Of a DNA stretch of 64,000 nucleotides, positions 30,532 to 39,773 are shown one piece after another. The notes beneath the pieces were generated by a model, which worked only from the letters and a program-made list of their open reading frames with translations, did not search any database and was not told the origin of the DNA. Position 1 is the first letter of the stretch, and every line of letters starts with the position of its first letter. The stretch is taken from contig SVRJ01000001.1 in assembly GCA_015064885.1 (NCBI GenBank), positions 33,945 to 97,944 on the forward strand, read 5' to 3'. The DNA is from Oscillospiraceae bacterium (GTDB lineage: Bacteria > Bacillota > Clostridia > Oscillospirales > CAG-272). The translations under genes and the position numbers were made by a program.

Positions 30532-31725
30532 TTATTCGCCTGTGATACCGCTACGCTCAATACCCTGAATAATATATCTCTGACAGAAGAGGTACATTAC
30601 TATAAGCGGAGCAATGATAAGCAAACCACTTGTGTTTCTGATAGCGGTTTCGAATACGGCCTTAACCGCGCCTGCCGTCTGAAGCGAAGCGGGGATAACG
30701 TCTACGATATCCGGCATCAGCAATACTCTGTCGGCCGGGAAGAACAACGTCGTATAGAAGTCGTCTGTCCACTGCCATGAGAATGAGAACAGGAATACGG
30801 TGATCATCATCGGAACAGACATCGGGAGAATGATCTGAAGGAATGTTCTGAAAGTACCCGAGCCGTCGATATATGCCGATTCTTCAAGAGAGTCGGGAAC
30901 ACCGCGGAAGAACTGACGCAACATAAAGATGTAAAGTCCGTTCTTAAATGCAAGTCCTGTTGCGGAAAGCATTATCATAGGAATGTAGGTGTTGATGAAG
31001 TTGGTTCCCTGCGCAAAGTTAAGAGAGAACGTCTTCGAGAACTTTATCTGGTCCGGCAACAGATTGATCTGAGCCAAAATGTCGTTGAGAGCATTGATCC
31101 AGCCTGCATTCAAAGTTTCATCTCTATGACCGAAGCTAAGGCCACCGCTGAGGAACTTGAATATTCCGAAGATATCGAAGTATCTGAAGTTCATGTAAAG
31201 CGAGAGCTGAAGCGTCGAGTGAGGGATAACCATCGTAAGGACAACTATAGCAAAGATAATACCGTTACCCTTGAATTTGAACTTTGCAAGACCGTAAGCG
31301 ATGAGACAGCATGTGAATGTCTGTATTACGGCTGTAATAAGCGAAAGTGTAAGGGTGTTCTTGAAAGCGGTCCAATAGATAGGAACTATTTTACCGTTTA
31401 TCGTATCGGTTTCTGCAAGTAGTGCCTTATAGGTATCGAGTGTGGGGTTTCTGGGGATAAGACGTACTGTGATATCAGCAAAGTCTGTTTTGCTCATTAT
31501 CGAACCTGCTATCTTCGTAATGAAGGGATAGAGGATGATGTATGCGAGACCTACGAGAAGTACAAGTCGGAAAATATAGAAGATTATCTTACCGACGAAG
31601 GCAGCTGAAACGAATTTTGCCTTAAGTCTTGTCTTGAGGTCTGTACGCTCAAAGTCAACTCTGATCTTGTTCTTGGTTTCTTTCATAACAGTGGGAGCTG
31701 TATTAAGATTTTTTGTTGAATCCAT
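30532..31725 (-). CDS. Carbohydrate-type ABC permease (MalG-like) with an N-terminal extension and enlarged extracytoplasmic loops (second pair)
   Basis: EAA-loop ESAYIDGSGTFRTFLQIILPMSVP, six or more TM helices, 397 aa (about 100 aa longer than usual), SD GAGGAGG. Confidence 0.85.
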   Translation of the reverse strand: MDSTKNLNTAPTVMKETKNKIRVDFERTDLKTRLKAKFVSAAFVGKIIFYIFRLVLLVGLAYIILYPFITKIAGSIMSKTDFADITVRLIPRNPTLDTYKALLAETDTINGKIVPIYWTAFKNTLTLSLITAVIQTFTCCLIAYGLAKFKFKGNGIIFAIVVLTMVIPHSTLQLSLYMNFRYFDIFGIFKFLSGGLSFGHRDETLNAGWINALNDILAQINLLPDQIKFSKTFSLNFAQGTNFINTYIPMIMLSATGLAFKNGLYIFMLRQFFRGVPDSLEESAYIDGSGTFRTFLQIILPMSVPMMITVFLFSFSWQWTDDFYTTLFFPADRVLLMPDIVDVIPASLQTAGAVKAVFETAIRNTSGLLIIAPLIVMYLFCQRYIIQGIERSGITGE

Positions 31726-31743
31726 TTCAAATACCTCCTCTCA

Positions 31744-32718
31744 TCAGGAATCACGTCTCTGATAGAATACATACGCTGAGAAGAGCGCTGCAACCGCAGA
31801 GATTATAAGTATAACGATTGTGAAGTAAGTCCATGCCATTGCCGTACTGAGAACGTTACCGTTTGAACCGCTGCCGTATACACCGTTGATATACGTCATA
31901 ACGAGGTTCGATTCACTCGTGAACGAGTCAATGATAGTGTAGACACCGTTAACCAGGATCATCGGGCTTATCATCGGGAAGGTTACCTTCCAGAATGTTT
32001 CCCAACCGGAAGCACCGTCGATAGAGCATGCTTCATATATAGCGGGAGAAATAGACTGAAGACCGGAAAGGAATATAAGCATCTGTACACCGGAACGGTT
32101 TACAATGTTATAAATACTGTTGATAAGCTGTGTAACGTATTCAACGAGACCGGTACCGATCTTCATATAGGAGAAGAGCACCTCGATATCCATTGCGGAT
32201 ACGATCTCTGCCGTAGCACTCTTTTCGCCTTCACCCATTTCGACTTCTTCGGAAATATCGATAGCCTCGATGCTTTCCATAAGACCTGTAGAAAGGATAA
32301 CGGGAACGAAGAATACTGCACGGAAGAACGCACGTCCCATCATCTTCTGGTTGAGAAGAACAGCCATGAAGAGCGAGAATATTACTATCGCGGGAACGTC
32401 AAAGATAAGCTGCTGGAGACCTTTTACAAGAGTCTGAGCAAAGTTCGGGTCGTCAAAGAACGCCGCTCTGTAGTTTTCTATTCCTACGAAGTGGAGTTCA
32501 TAGCCTCCACCTCGTATATTTTCAACTTCAGATACACTGTATATGAAGGAGTCGAAAATTACAGGAATATATATGAGAATACAACCGATGATGAAAGGAA
32601 GTACGAAGAACCAACCGGCTCTTGCCTTCTTCTTGTCAAGAGAAACTATCTTTCTCTTCTTTGTCTTTTTGGGAGCTGCAATTTCAGCTTTTGTGTTTTT
32701 CTTAACATCTTTCGCCAT
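31744..32718 (-). CDS. Carbohydrate-type ABC permease (MalF-like), second pair
   Basis: EACSIDGASGWETFWKVTFPMISP EAA loop. The ATG shares 1 nt with the TAA of the upstream 1306-aa gene (TAATG). Confidence 0.85.
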   Translation of the reverse strand: MAKDVKKNTKAEIAAPKKTKKRKIVSLDKKKARAGWFFVLPFIIGCILIYIPVIFDSFIYSVSEVENIRGGGYELHFVGIENYRAAFFDDPNFAQTLVKGLQQLIFDVPAIVIFSLFMAVLLNQKMMGRAFFRAVFFVPVILSTGLMESIEAIDISEEVEMGEGEKSATAEIVSAMDIEVLFSYMKIGTGLVEYVTQLINSIYNIVNRSGVQMLIFLSGLQSISPAIYEACSIDGASGWETFWKVTFPMISPMILVNGVYTIIDSFTSESNLVMTYINGVYGSGSNGNVLSTAMAWTYFTIVILIISAVAALFSAYVFYQRRDS

Positions 32719-35700
32719 TAGTTTGCTCCTCCTTCATTGATTATAAGATAACCTGTGTACTTGCCTGTTTCAGAATCGATTCCGCACTTTTCAACTGTGT
32801 ACTCTTTACCGTCAACTGTAACAACGATATCGAATGCATTATAGTTGAGTATGAATGTCTTTCCGTTCTCGAATGTAAGAAGAATAATGTTACCGCTGTC
32901 TTCAAGGTAGCGCTCAGGAATTGTTTCTTCCTCAACGACCTCATCCTTATCAGCCTCAGCATTCTTCTTTGCGAGATCTTCGAGATATTCCTTGTAAGTA
33001 AGGATCTTCTTCTTGTCCTCTGCGGGAGTTCCTGCTTCGTACATGTACTTATCAGTCTTTTCGATAACTTCTGTTGCCTTTGCGTAGCAATCGTCAAGAA
33101 TCTTGAGAATATCATCGAATACAGCCTTAACTGCGGCAGCGTTATCTGCAGTGTCCTTAGCGAGCTCTGCGGAGAACTTGTTAGCTACAGTGTAGTATTC
33201 AGCAGCGAGATTAGCGAGATTCAAGTAGTTTTCAGAGTTGTACGTGTTTGTAAACAAACCGCCGTATGTGTTGTGAAGCATATTTACGGAAGACTTGATA
33301 GTTCTTATGGAAGAATCAAGAGCAGCCTGTGCTTCAGCGAGTGTGCCGATCGTTGCTATTTCAGCGTCGAGTGCGTCGAGTTCTGCCTTCTTAGCAGCTA
33401 TAGCGGTTGCATCGGTATTGGCAGCAACAAGTGCATCGTATTCAGCCTTTGTCTTAGCGTAGAGGCCTTCAGCACCGTTAACTCCGTAAAGGACCTCAGC
33501 TCTTGCAATATTCTTTTCAAGATCGGGGATCTTAGCAAGCTCTGTCATTACCTTATCATAGTAGCCTGTTTCTGCGCTTACTATGTAGTTAGCAATAGAC
33601 TGAATGTTCTTATAAGACATCTGAATGTTAGCAAGCGATGTTGTTCTACCGTTAAGTCTGTCTGTGAGAAGCTTCTTTCTGTCAGCTTCTGCCTTAGCTT
33701 CTTCTTCAGCCTTTTCAGCAGCTTCCTTGTCGAGCTTATCCTGAAGTACTTCGTCAGCATCGGGAACACGCGCACCTGTAAGGAACTGATGTCCTACGAT
33801 CTGAGACGTCTGAACGTCCTTAAGAACTTCATTGAGCTGTGTATACATGCTGATGAGGTCTTCCTTCCAGATCTCATATCTTACCGAATAGTTCTGGCTG
33901 AGCTTGTCGTCTTCCTTAAGCTTTTCAGCGTTCTGGTAAACAAGCTTGAAGTAGAGGCCTGCACCGTTTTCAATAGCCTTGAGGAATGCGTAAGAGATGT
34001 TACCTTCCATGTTTGTAGGTGTACCTGCAAACTGAACGAATCCGTGGAGGACAACGCCCATGAAAGGAACTGCATTACTGGACTTGTTGTAACGGCTGGA
34101 TGTTACGGGAACGTTGATAATGTAGTCAACGTATTTCCAAGAATATGCGTTACCGGAGTCTGTCATGACCTTGGAATATTCAGAATCGATCTTTTCGAAG
34201 AGCTTTACTGTATATTCCTGAGAGTCTGCTCTGTTGTAAGGCTCATCCTCATCAAAGTCGGAGTTGAGGTACTGACCGAGAGTGGAAACAGAGATTCCGT
34301 TTGTTGTGAACTGCTTATAGTTCTCAGTGAACTTTGTATAGAAGTGCATGAAGTATGCGGGAGAAATTGCGAGCTCGTAGTAGCTGATATACGACTGGTA
34401 AGTAGCACTGTATTCTCTCTTACTTGTATATCTGTTATCGATCGTCATGACCGCATGCTTCTTAAGGTTGAGCGAGTCAAACAAAGCGTTTGCGGAAGAG
34501 TAGGTAAATACGAAGTCAAAGTCCGGGAATACTCCGAAGCCCTTTTCGTCTGCGTAGCTGATAAGATCCCTGAATCCATCATCTCCGCCTACTGCGTCTT
34601 CCCATTCAAGATCTGCAGGCATAGACGAGTAGAGACCGCCGTTTGCATAACCTGTGAGCTTGAAGTTGATATTTGCTACGCCTTCTGCGCTGAGCTCATT
34701 GTACATTGTCTTGATATCCTCAAATGTAGAGAGAGGAGTCATAACGTTAACGGGCACAGACATGATCTTTTCAAGAGTCTCAAAAGTACCGAAGGATTCG
34801 ATGTAAAGCGGGATGTCCGCCTTAACGTCAGCATCTGTGAGTTCCTTAAGAGCGCCCTTGGAAACCATATAGTCCGAATAAGCCTTAGCCATACCGAGCC
34901 ATGTAGGTTCGTATGTACCTTCAAGGTTTCTTTCAGCTGCTATGGTCGGGTCTGTCAGCATAATGTATCTGACTGTGTAGTTGCCTACGTACTTACGCTT
35001 GGAAACAACTTCCCAAGTGTTGTTACTTGTTCCTACCGCGAGAGAACCGGAAAGGTCGTACTTATCACTCGGTCTGGGGATGAAGGACATCTTGACCGTG
35101 TTGTACGGGCTGGTTGCACCACCGTGGAAGGTCGTAAGGCTTGCGAGAGAGTCACCCTCTTCGATGATAGCTACGAAACCGCCGCTTACAGTAAATCTGT
35201 CTTCAAGAGGCTTCTCTTCTTCACCGGGAGTTGTGGGTGTATCTGTGGGAGCTGTTGTTTCTGTGGGAGCTGCAGTTGTAGTTGTTGCAGCAGTTGTGGT
35301 TGTTGCAGTAGTTGTATCTGTAGAGCCGGATTCTGTAGAGGAATCACCGCCTGTAGAACCGCCGCCTGCAGCGATCTCGGATCTTGAGAATTCATAATCC
35401 TCAACAACACCGAATACAGGATATCTGAATACTTCCTGGTGTGTAGCGGTAAGAGTATGGTAAGCGTAGTCGCTGCCGTACATCTGACCTGTGATAGTTA
35501 CCTTCTGAGTTGTGTTGAGTTCTTCGAAGTCAAAGAGAGTACCCGAGCCGTCGGGGAGGAAGGTGTAACCGCTGTTGGGGTTAGTACCTGCACCCATGAA
35601 GGGGAGAACTTCGATCTTATCGAGCTTGTAGAGAGATTCATTGAAACGGATACCGCTGGCGGGAAGCGTTACGATGAGACCCCAGTCGTCGATAGTGTAT

Positions 35701-36638
35701 TCAAGCGCGAGCTTGAAAAGAGGAGGAGCGATGTCCTGTCCTTCGTACTGACATTCAACGTGGTCCTTATCAAGTTCCTCGTATGTGTAGTCGGGACAAT
35801 ACTTCTTGATGGTTGCTTCTATCTGGCGAAGCTCGTTTGTGGAAGCGTCGGATGCTACAACGAAGATAGCACCGATCTTCGCCGTTGCGGGCCATGTCTG
35901 GTAGATGGTCGTCTGGAGCTGCTCGCTTATTCCCTCTTCATTGGGGTCCTTAAGGCTGTATACAGCCATGAACTTATTGAAGTAGAATGCAGCTGTCTCG
36001 GAAGGACCTGTTCTGTAAACGTACTTGAGATAGTTGTTACCGTGCTTGAGTTTTTCAACATCAAGGATACCGTCTTCGATCATGCCTTCGAATATAGGCT
36101 TAGCGATCTTTACCTCAAAACGTGCCTGTCTGATGTAACGGGGAACGAGAAGTCTTGTTTCTTCACGTCCGATCGTATATTCTACACGAACACCGTTCTT
36201 GATGTTCTTAACGAGGATCTGACCTCTCTGCGCTGCTTCTTCAAAGCTGTTGAAGACAGCGTCCTGACCGTTATTGTCATAGTGTATGAATATCTGGGAC
36301 ATAAGCTCCTTCTTTGTAGCCTCGGAAGCCTTTGCGGAAGCAATGTTCCAAGGGTTGGAGAAGGTTATCTGTCCGGAAGCCTTATCGACGAAAGCGATTT
36401 CGCCGGTCTCTTCCAGAACCCAGAGCTCATAGCCGTTCTTGTCAAGCTTTTTGGTCATAACCGCAAGCTTTGCTTCGGGAGTCACATACTTTTTAGTAAG
36501 GTGCTCTGCAATGCGATCTTTAAGTTCCTCAGCTTCATCTTTTTCTTCAGCTGCAGAAACAGGAATCAAAGATACGATCGAAAATGAACCGAGAAATACA
36601 AGGACGGCCAAAATCATTGATAAAATTTTCAATTTCAT
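32718..36638 (-). CDS. 1306-aa secreted protein: signal peptide, beta-rich N-terminal region interrupted by a Thr/Gly/Ser-rich linker, putative (beta/alpha)-barrel glycosidase-like core, Ala/Glu/Lys-rich helical region, small C-terminal domain. It resembles proteins I recall annotated as DUF5696 (from memory, unverified).
   Basis: N-terminal MKLKILSMILAVLVFLGSFSIVSLIPVSA|AEE (AxA cleavage type, no lipobox Cys). Linker GGGSTGGDSSTESGSTDTTTATTTTAATTTTAAPTETTAPTDTPTTPGEEEKP is encoded at ~35205-35385. Core blocks are IPLYIESFG, NINFKLTGYANGG, GVFPDFDF and AVPFMGVVLHGF. Confidence 0.75.
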   Translation of the reverse strand: MKLKILSMILAVLVFLGSFSIVSLIPVSAAEEKDEAEELKDRIAEHLTKKYVTPEAKLAVMTKKLDKNGYELWVLEETGEIAFVDKASGQITFSNPWNIASAKASEATKKELMSQIFIHYDNNGQDAVFNSFEEAAQRGQILVKNIKNGVRVEYTIGREETRLLVPRYIRQARFEVKIAKPIFEGMIEDGILDVEKLKHGNNYLKYVYRTGPSETAAFYFNKFMAVYSLKDPNEEGISEQLQTTIYQTWPATAKIGAIFVVASDASTNELRQIEATIKKYCPDYTYEELDKDHVECQYEGQDIAPPLFKLALEYTIDDWGLIVTLPASGIRFNESLYKLDKIEVLPFMGAGTNPNSGYTFLPDGSGTLFDFEELNTTQKVTITGQMYGSDYAYHTLTATHQEVFRYPVFGVVEDYEFSRSEIAAGGGSTGGDSSTESGSTDTTTATTTTAATTTTAAPTETTAPTDTPTTPGEEEKPLEDRFTVSGGFVAIIEEGDSLASLTTFHGGATSPYNTVKMSFIPRPSDKYDLSGSLAVGTSNNTWEVVSKRKYVGNYTVRYIMLTDPTIAAERNLEGTYEPTWLGMAKAYSDYMVSKGALKELTDADVKADIPLYIESFGTFETLEKIMSVPVNVMTPLSTFEDIKTMYNELSAEGVANINFKLTGYANGGLYSSMPADLEWEDAVGGDDGFRDLISYADEKGFGVFPDFDFVFTYSSANALFDSLNLKKHAVMTIDNRYTSKREYSATYQSYISYYELAISPAYFMHFYTKFTENYKQFTTNGISVSTLGQYLNSDFDEDEPYNRADSQEYTVKLFEKIDSEYSKVMTDSGNAYSWKYVDYIINVPVTSSRYNKSSNAVPFMGVVLHGFVQFAGTPTNMEGNISYAFLKAIENGAGLYFKLVYQNAEKLKEDDKLSQNYSVRYEIWKEDLISMYTQLNEVLKDVQTSQIVGHQFLTGARVPDADEVLQDKLDKEAAEKAEEEAKAEADRKKLLTDRLNGRTTSLANIQMSYKNIQSIANYIVSAETGYYDKVMTELAKIPDLEKNIARAEVLYGVNGAEGLYAKTKAEYDALVAANTDATAIAAKKAELDALDAEIATIGTLAEAQAALDSSIRTIKSSVNMLHNTYGGLFTNTYNSENYLNLANLAAEYYTVANKFSAELAKDTADNAAAVKAVFDDILKILDDCYAKATEVIEKTDKYMYEAGTPAEDKKKILTYKEYLEDLAKKNAEADKDEVVEEETIPERYLEDSGNIILLTFENGKTFILNYNAFDIVVTVDGKEYTVEKCGIDSETGKYTGYLIINEGGAN

Positions 36639-36667
36639 ATTATTGTGTTAACCTCCTATCTGCTCAG

Positions 36668-38884
36668 TTAAATTCGGTAGTTGATTTCGAGAATGATGTT
36701 GGATACAAAGCTTACGATCTCGGAAAGCAATGTAGAGAACAAGATTCCAACGAACATGATGAATACCATAGCAACGATCGTGAAAGCACAAGTTGCGATA
36801 TTCTTGGGTACTGTATAGTCGTGAGTTACCATCATTCCGCAGAAGAGGAGCAATCCCATCCAGATGAAACCGAAGTTTACAACGAGATCAACGATGTTAA
36901 GCTCTGACTTTGTAAGTACGTTTGTTACGAGTGTAGCGGGAGCGAGTATAAGTATAAGCGGAACGAGTGAGTAGGATGTTGCAATGAAGATATCCTTCAT
37001 GCTTCCTTCACCGTCAAAGAGTGTGGTGAGACACCAGTTAGCAACTACCCAGAGTCCGAGAGGAACTACAACACCGAGCAACTGAATGAAGATCGTTGTG
37101 TAGGAGCCCTGAGGATTAGCAAGGTAGGATTCACCGATTGCCTGATAGAAGAAGGAGATTACGGTAAGTGCGATGAAAACGAGAGACGCTCTTACAGATC
37201 CTCTCTTCTCGTGCTTCAGATCCCAGAAGCCATCGAACGGATGGAATATTACGTGGAAGCCGTAAAGCAATTCTTCCTTGAAGGTCTTCTTCTTACCCGA
37301 AATAGCCGCCGCGCGGTTGATCTTGTTAGCCCACTTGAAGAGGAAGGAGTAAGCGAGACATACAGCGATTACAACTACGGGGATAAGGATGATCCAATCC
37401 TGGATCCATGCCTTACGGATCTCCTGATAAGACTTGGAGTAGTTGTCAACGTCATAAGCTGCCTTGTAATATACGAGAGATTCTTCGTATCTTCCTTCCT
37501 TGTACAAAGCCTGACCGATACCGATATAAGCTTCGTCAAAGTTGGAGTTTCTCATAAGCACGTTTTCCCAGTCGGTCTTTGAAAGGTTATAAAGTCTTTC
37601 GTTTTCGTGCTGGAGTGCTGTGATAAGTATGTCACCGTACTCTGTTCTTGTAAATACGGTAAATGATTTGTTAGCGTTATCGAGTACCAGGAGGTTTGAT
37701 CCCTGATAGCAGATAGCTTTGATCATAGAGATGTTACCGAGCTGCTGACCAACGTCACCAAACGCAAAGAGGAGGTTACCGTCAAAGTCATAGGTAAATA
37801 TCTTCGAACGCTTTTCGTCGATGATAGACCAGGTTCTTTCGGGACCTACAGCAACGTCTGTTACCTTAGAAGGACCTGCCATCGTGTTGGTAGCTGTAGA
37901 AGCCGTTCCCATGAACTGAACTTCACCGGAAGGCGGATAGAAGCCGTTTCTTCTCATGATCTCTTCGCCCGCACCGTTAAGCATCTTAACGGGAGCGTAA
38001 GTTCCGGCCTTGGACTTCTTTCTGATCGCGTTTGCAACGTCTTTTTCATCAATGGAAGAAATCGTTGCGTAGATGAAGCCTTCTGTGTCAATATCGATGT
38101 TGTTAAACTCTGTAGACGTTGTAGTCTCGGAAACTGCCTTCTGTGCTTCGGTTCTGAACATACGAACTATGATCTCCCAAGCAGAGAGAGAAACCTTCTG
38201 AGCTCCGATAAATCCTGTGAACACACCGTCGGATGTCATCATGATGATACCCTGATATGTTGTGGAGGATACTACGTAAAGTCTTCCGTAGTCATCGACT
38301 GCCATAGCGACCGGCTTATAAACTGCGTCCTCTTCAAAGAGCTGGTCTTCAGGCTGAGGAATTACCTTAACGAATTCGCCGTTTTCATCAAACACTACGA
38401 TTCTGTTAGCGTTTGTATCGCAAACGTAGATAAGCTTTTCTTCAACTCTTACGGGCTTTCCTTCGTCGTCATAAACAACGTTACCGTCTTCGTCCTTCTG
38501 GCTTACCATTCTTTCGCTTACGAAAACGCCCTGAGGAGCTGTGAATTCATCCTCGATACCGTTCTGATTGATAAACTTCTCGATAGTGAACTTGAGCTTG
38601 TAGTACTTGTCAAGAACAATTATGCGGTTTGTCTTCATGTCAACGATGTATACGTTGTCATCTTTATCTACAACGATATCTCTGGGGTCTTCGATCGGAA
38701 CCTCGGTAAGGCCCATATAGTTTGAGTCAACAGTCTGCTGAGGGCTGTAAGCGTCAGGAGAGTAAAGCGGGAATCCCGAGCTTGAGTAGATGTACGTCTG
38801 GTATGCAGCGGTTGCGCCTACGGGGACGCTTGCGAGCATAATAACAGCAAAAAGCACTGCAAGTATTCTTATAAATTTCTTCAT
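36668..38884 (-). CDS. Fusion protein: signal peptide, ~6-bladed NHL-repeat beta-propeller, TPR-like helical hairpin, C-terminal polytopic Yip1-like membrane domain
   Basis: NHL-like blades include DKDDNVYIVDMKTNRIIVLD, LIYVCDTNANRIVVFDENGEF, DDYGRLYVVSSTT and SNLLVLDNANKSFTVF. The TPR-like hairpin is AYIGIGQALYKEGRYEESLVYYKAAYD. About 6 TM helices follow from aa ~495 (HPFDGFWDLKHEKRGS..., encoded ~36668-37402). Confidence 0.75.
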   Translation of the reverse strand: MKKFIRILAVLFAVIMLASVPVGATAAYQTYIYSSSGFPLYSPDAYSPQQTVDSNYMGLTEVPIEDPRDIVVDKDDNVYIVDMKTNRIIVLDKYYKLKFTIEKFINQNGIEDEFTAPQGVFVSERMVSQKDEDGNVVYDDEGKPVRVEEKLIYVCDTNANRIVVFDENGEFVKVIPQPEDQLFEEDAVYKPVAMAVDDYGRLYVVSSTTYQGIIMMTSDGVFTGFIGAQKVSLSAWEIIVRMFRTEAQKAVSETTTSTEFNNIDIDTEGFIYATISSIDEKDVANAIRKKSKAGTYAPVKMLNGAGEEIMRRNGFYPPSGEVQFMGTASTATNTMAGPSKVTDVAVGPERTWSIIDEKRSKIFTYDFDGNLLFAFGDVGQQLGNISMIKAICYQGSNLLVLDNANKSFTVFTRTEYGDILITALQHENERLYNLSKTDWENVLMRNSNFDEAYIGIGQALYKEGRYEESLVYYKAAYDVDNYSKSYQEIRKAWIQDWIILIPVVVIAVCLAYSFLFKWANKINRAAAISGKKKTFKEELLYGFHVIFHPFDGFWDLKHEKRGSVRASLVFIALTVISFFYQAIGESYLANPQGSYTTIFIQLLGVVVPLGLWVVANWCLTTLFDGEGSMKDIFIATSYSLVPLILILAPATLVTNVLTKSELNIVDLVVNFGFIWMGLLLFCGMMVTHDYTVPKNIATCAFTIVAMVFIMFVGILFSTLLSEIVSFVSNIILEINYRI

Positions 38885-38899
38885 GCTTTGTCCCCTTTC

Positions 38900-39772
38900 T
38901 TAGTCCTTCATACCACTCGAACCCATCGTCTCGATGATGTTCGACTGAGAAATAACGAATACGAGAATCGGAACCATCATCATAACAACGGTTGAAGCTG
39001 CGCCCGCACCTGCACGAGCGATACCGCCGGCAAGGATCTGACCGATAGCGTAGTTAAATGACTTGAACTGCTCCGAGTGAATGTAAATGGAAGAGCCTGC
39101 ATTCCAAAGATCCTGGAATGAGTAAATGATAAGTGTAAGCCAAGCGGGCTTAACCATAGGCATTGCGATAGTCCACCATACGCGTAACTCTTTACAACCG
39201 TCTATACGAGCACTTTCGAGAATAGCGTCGGGAACGTTTGTATCCATGAACTGCTTCATGAGGTAGAGACCGAGAGATGTTGCGAACGCAGGAACGATGA
39301 TAGCGAGCTGCGTATCGATCATGTGGAGCGCACCCATGAGGATGAAGTTTGTTGTTGCTGTAACCGTCTTGTGGAACATAAGAGATGTTCTTACAGTCTT
39401 GAACATTCCCTTACCGCCCGGGAATCTGATCTTCGCCATTGCGTATGCTGCAAGAGAGGAGAAGAAGAGGTTACCTACCGTACCTGTTATGGATACGAGC
39501 ACTGTATTGAATATGTATCTTGAGAAAGGAACCCAAGAGTCATTCATAAGTGTGAAGAGGTCGAGATAGTTGTCAAGAGTAGGTCTTTCAACTATAAATC
39601 TCGGAGGGAACATCCAAAGCTCGTCAAGAGGCTTGAGAGACTGAATGATAACGTAGAACATCGGTATGAACATGAACAAACCGAGTATTACAAGCAAAAT
39701 GTTGATACCAAGGTCGCCTCCAACCGAACGGTTAAGAACGACTCTGTGTTTTCTAGTTCTTAATTTTCCCAT
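38900..39772 (-). CDS. Carbohydrate-type ABC permease (MalG-like), first pair
   Basis: ESARIDGCKELRVWWTIAMPMVKP EAA loop; 6 TM helices; starts 1 nt after the preceding stop. Confidence 0.88.
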   Translation of the reverse strand: MGKLRTRKHRVVLNRSVGGDLGINILLVILGLFMFIPMFYVIIQSLKPLDELWMFPPRFIVERPTLDNYLDLFTLMNDSWVPFSRYIFNTVLVSITGTVGNLFFSSLAAYAMAKIRFPGGKGMFKTVRTSLMFHKTVTATTNFILMGALHMIDTQLAIIVPAFATSLGLYLMKQFMDTNVPDAILESARIDGCKELRVWWTIAMPMVKPAWLTLIIYSFQDLWNAGSSIYIHSEQFKSFNYAIGQILAGGIARAGAGAASTVVMMMVPILVFVISQSNIIETMGSSGMKD

Positions 39773-39773
39773 T

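Noticed and set aside
35205-35385. GTTGT/GCAGT-rich DNA repeats that might be a VNTR or satellite.
   Set aside because: The repeats are in frame within the 1306-aa gene and encode a Thr/Ala/Pro linker. They are imperfect, so this is coding low complexity rather than a tandem-repeat element.
33273-35387. 704-aa plus-strand ORF, together with 35439-36587 and 41908-43545, antisense to the giant protein and the SBP gene.
   Set aside because: The same antisense artefact applies. The products are Cys-rich nonsense without start signals, and the minus-strand frames carry signal peptides and recognisable domains.
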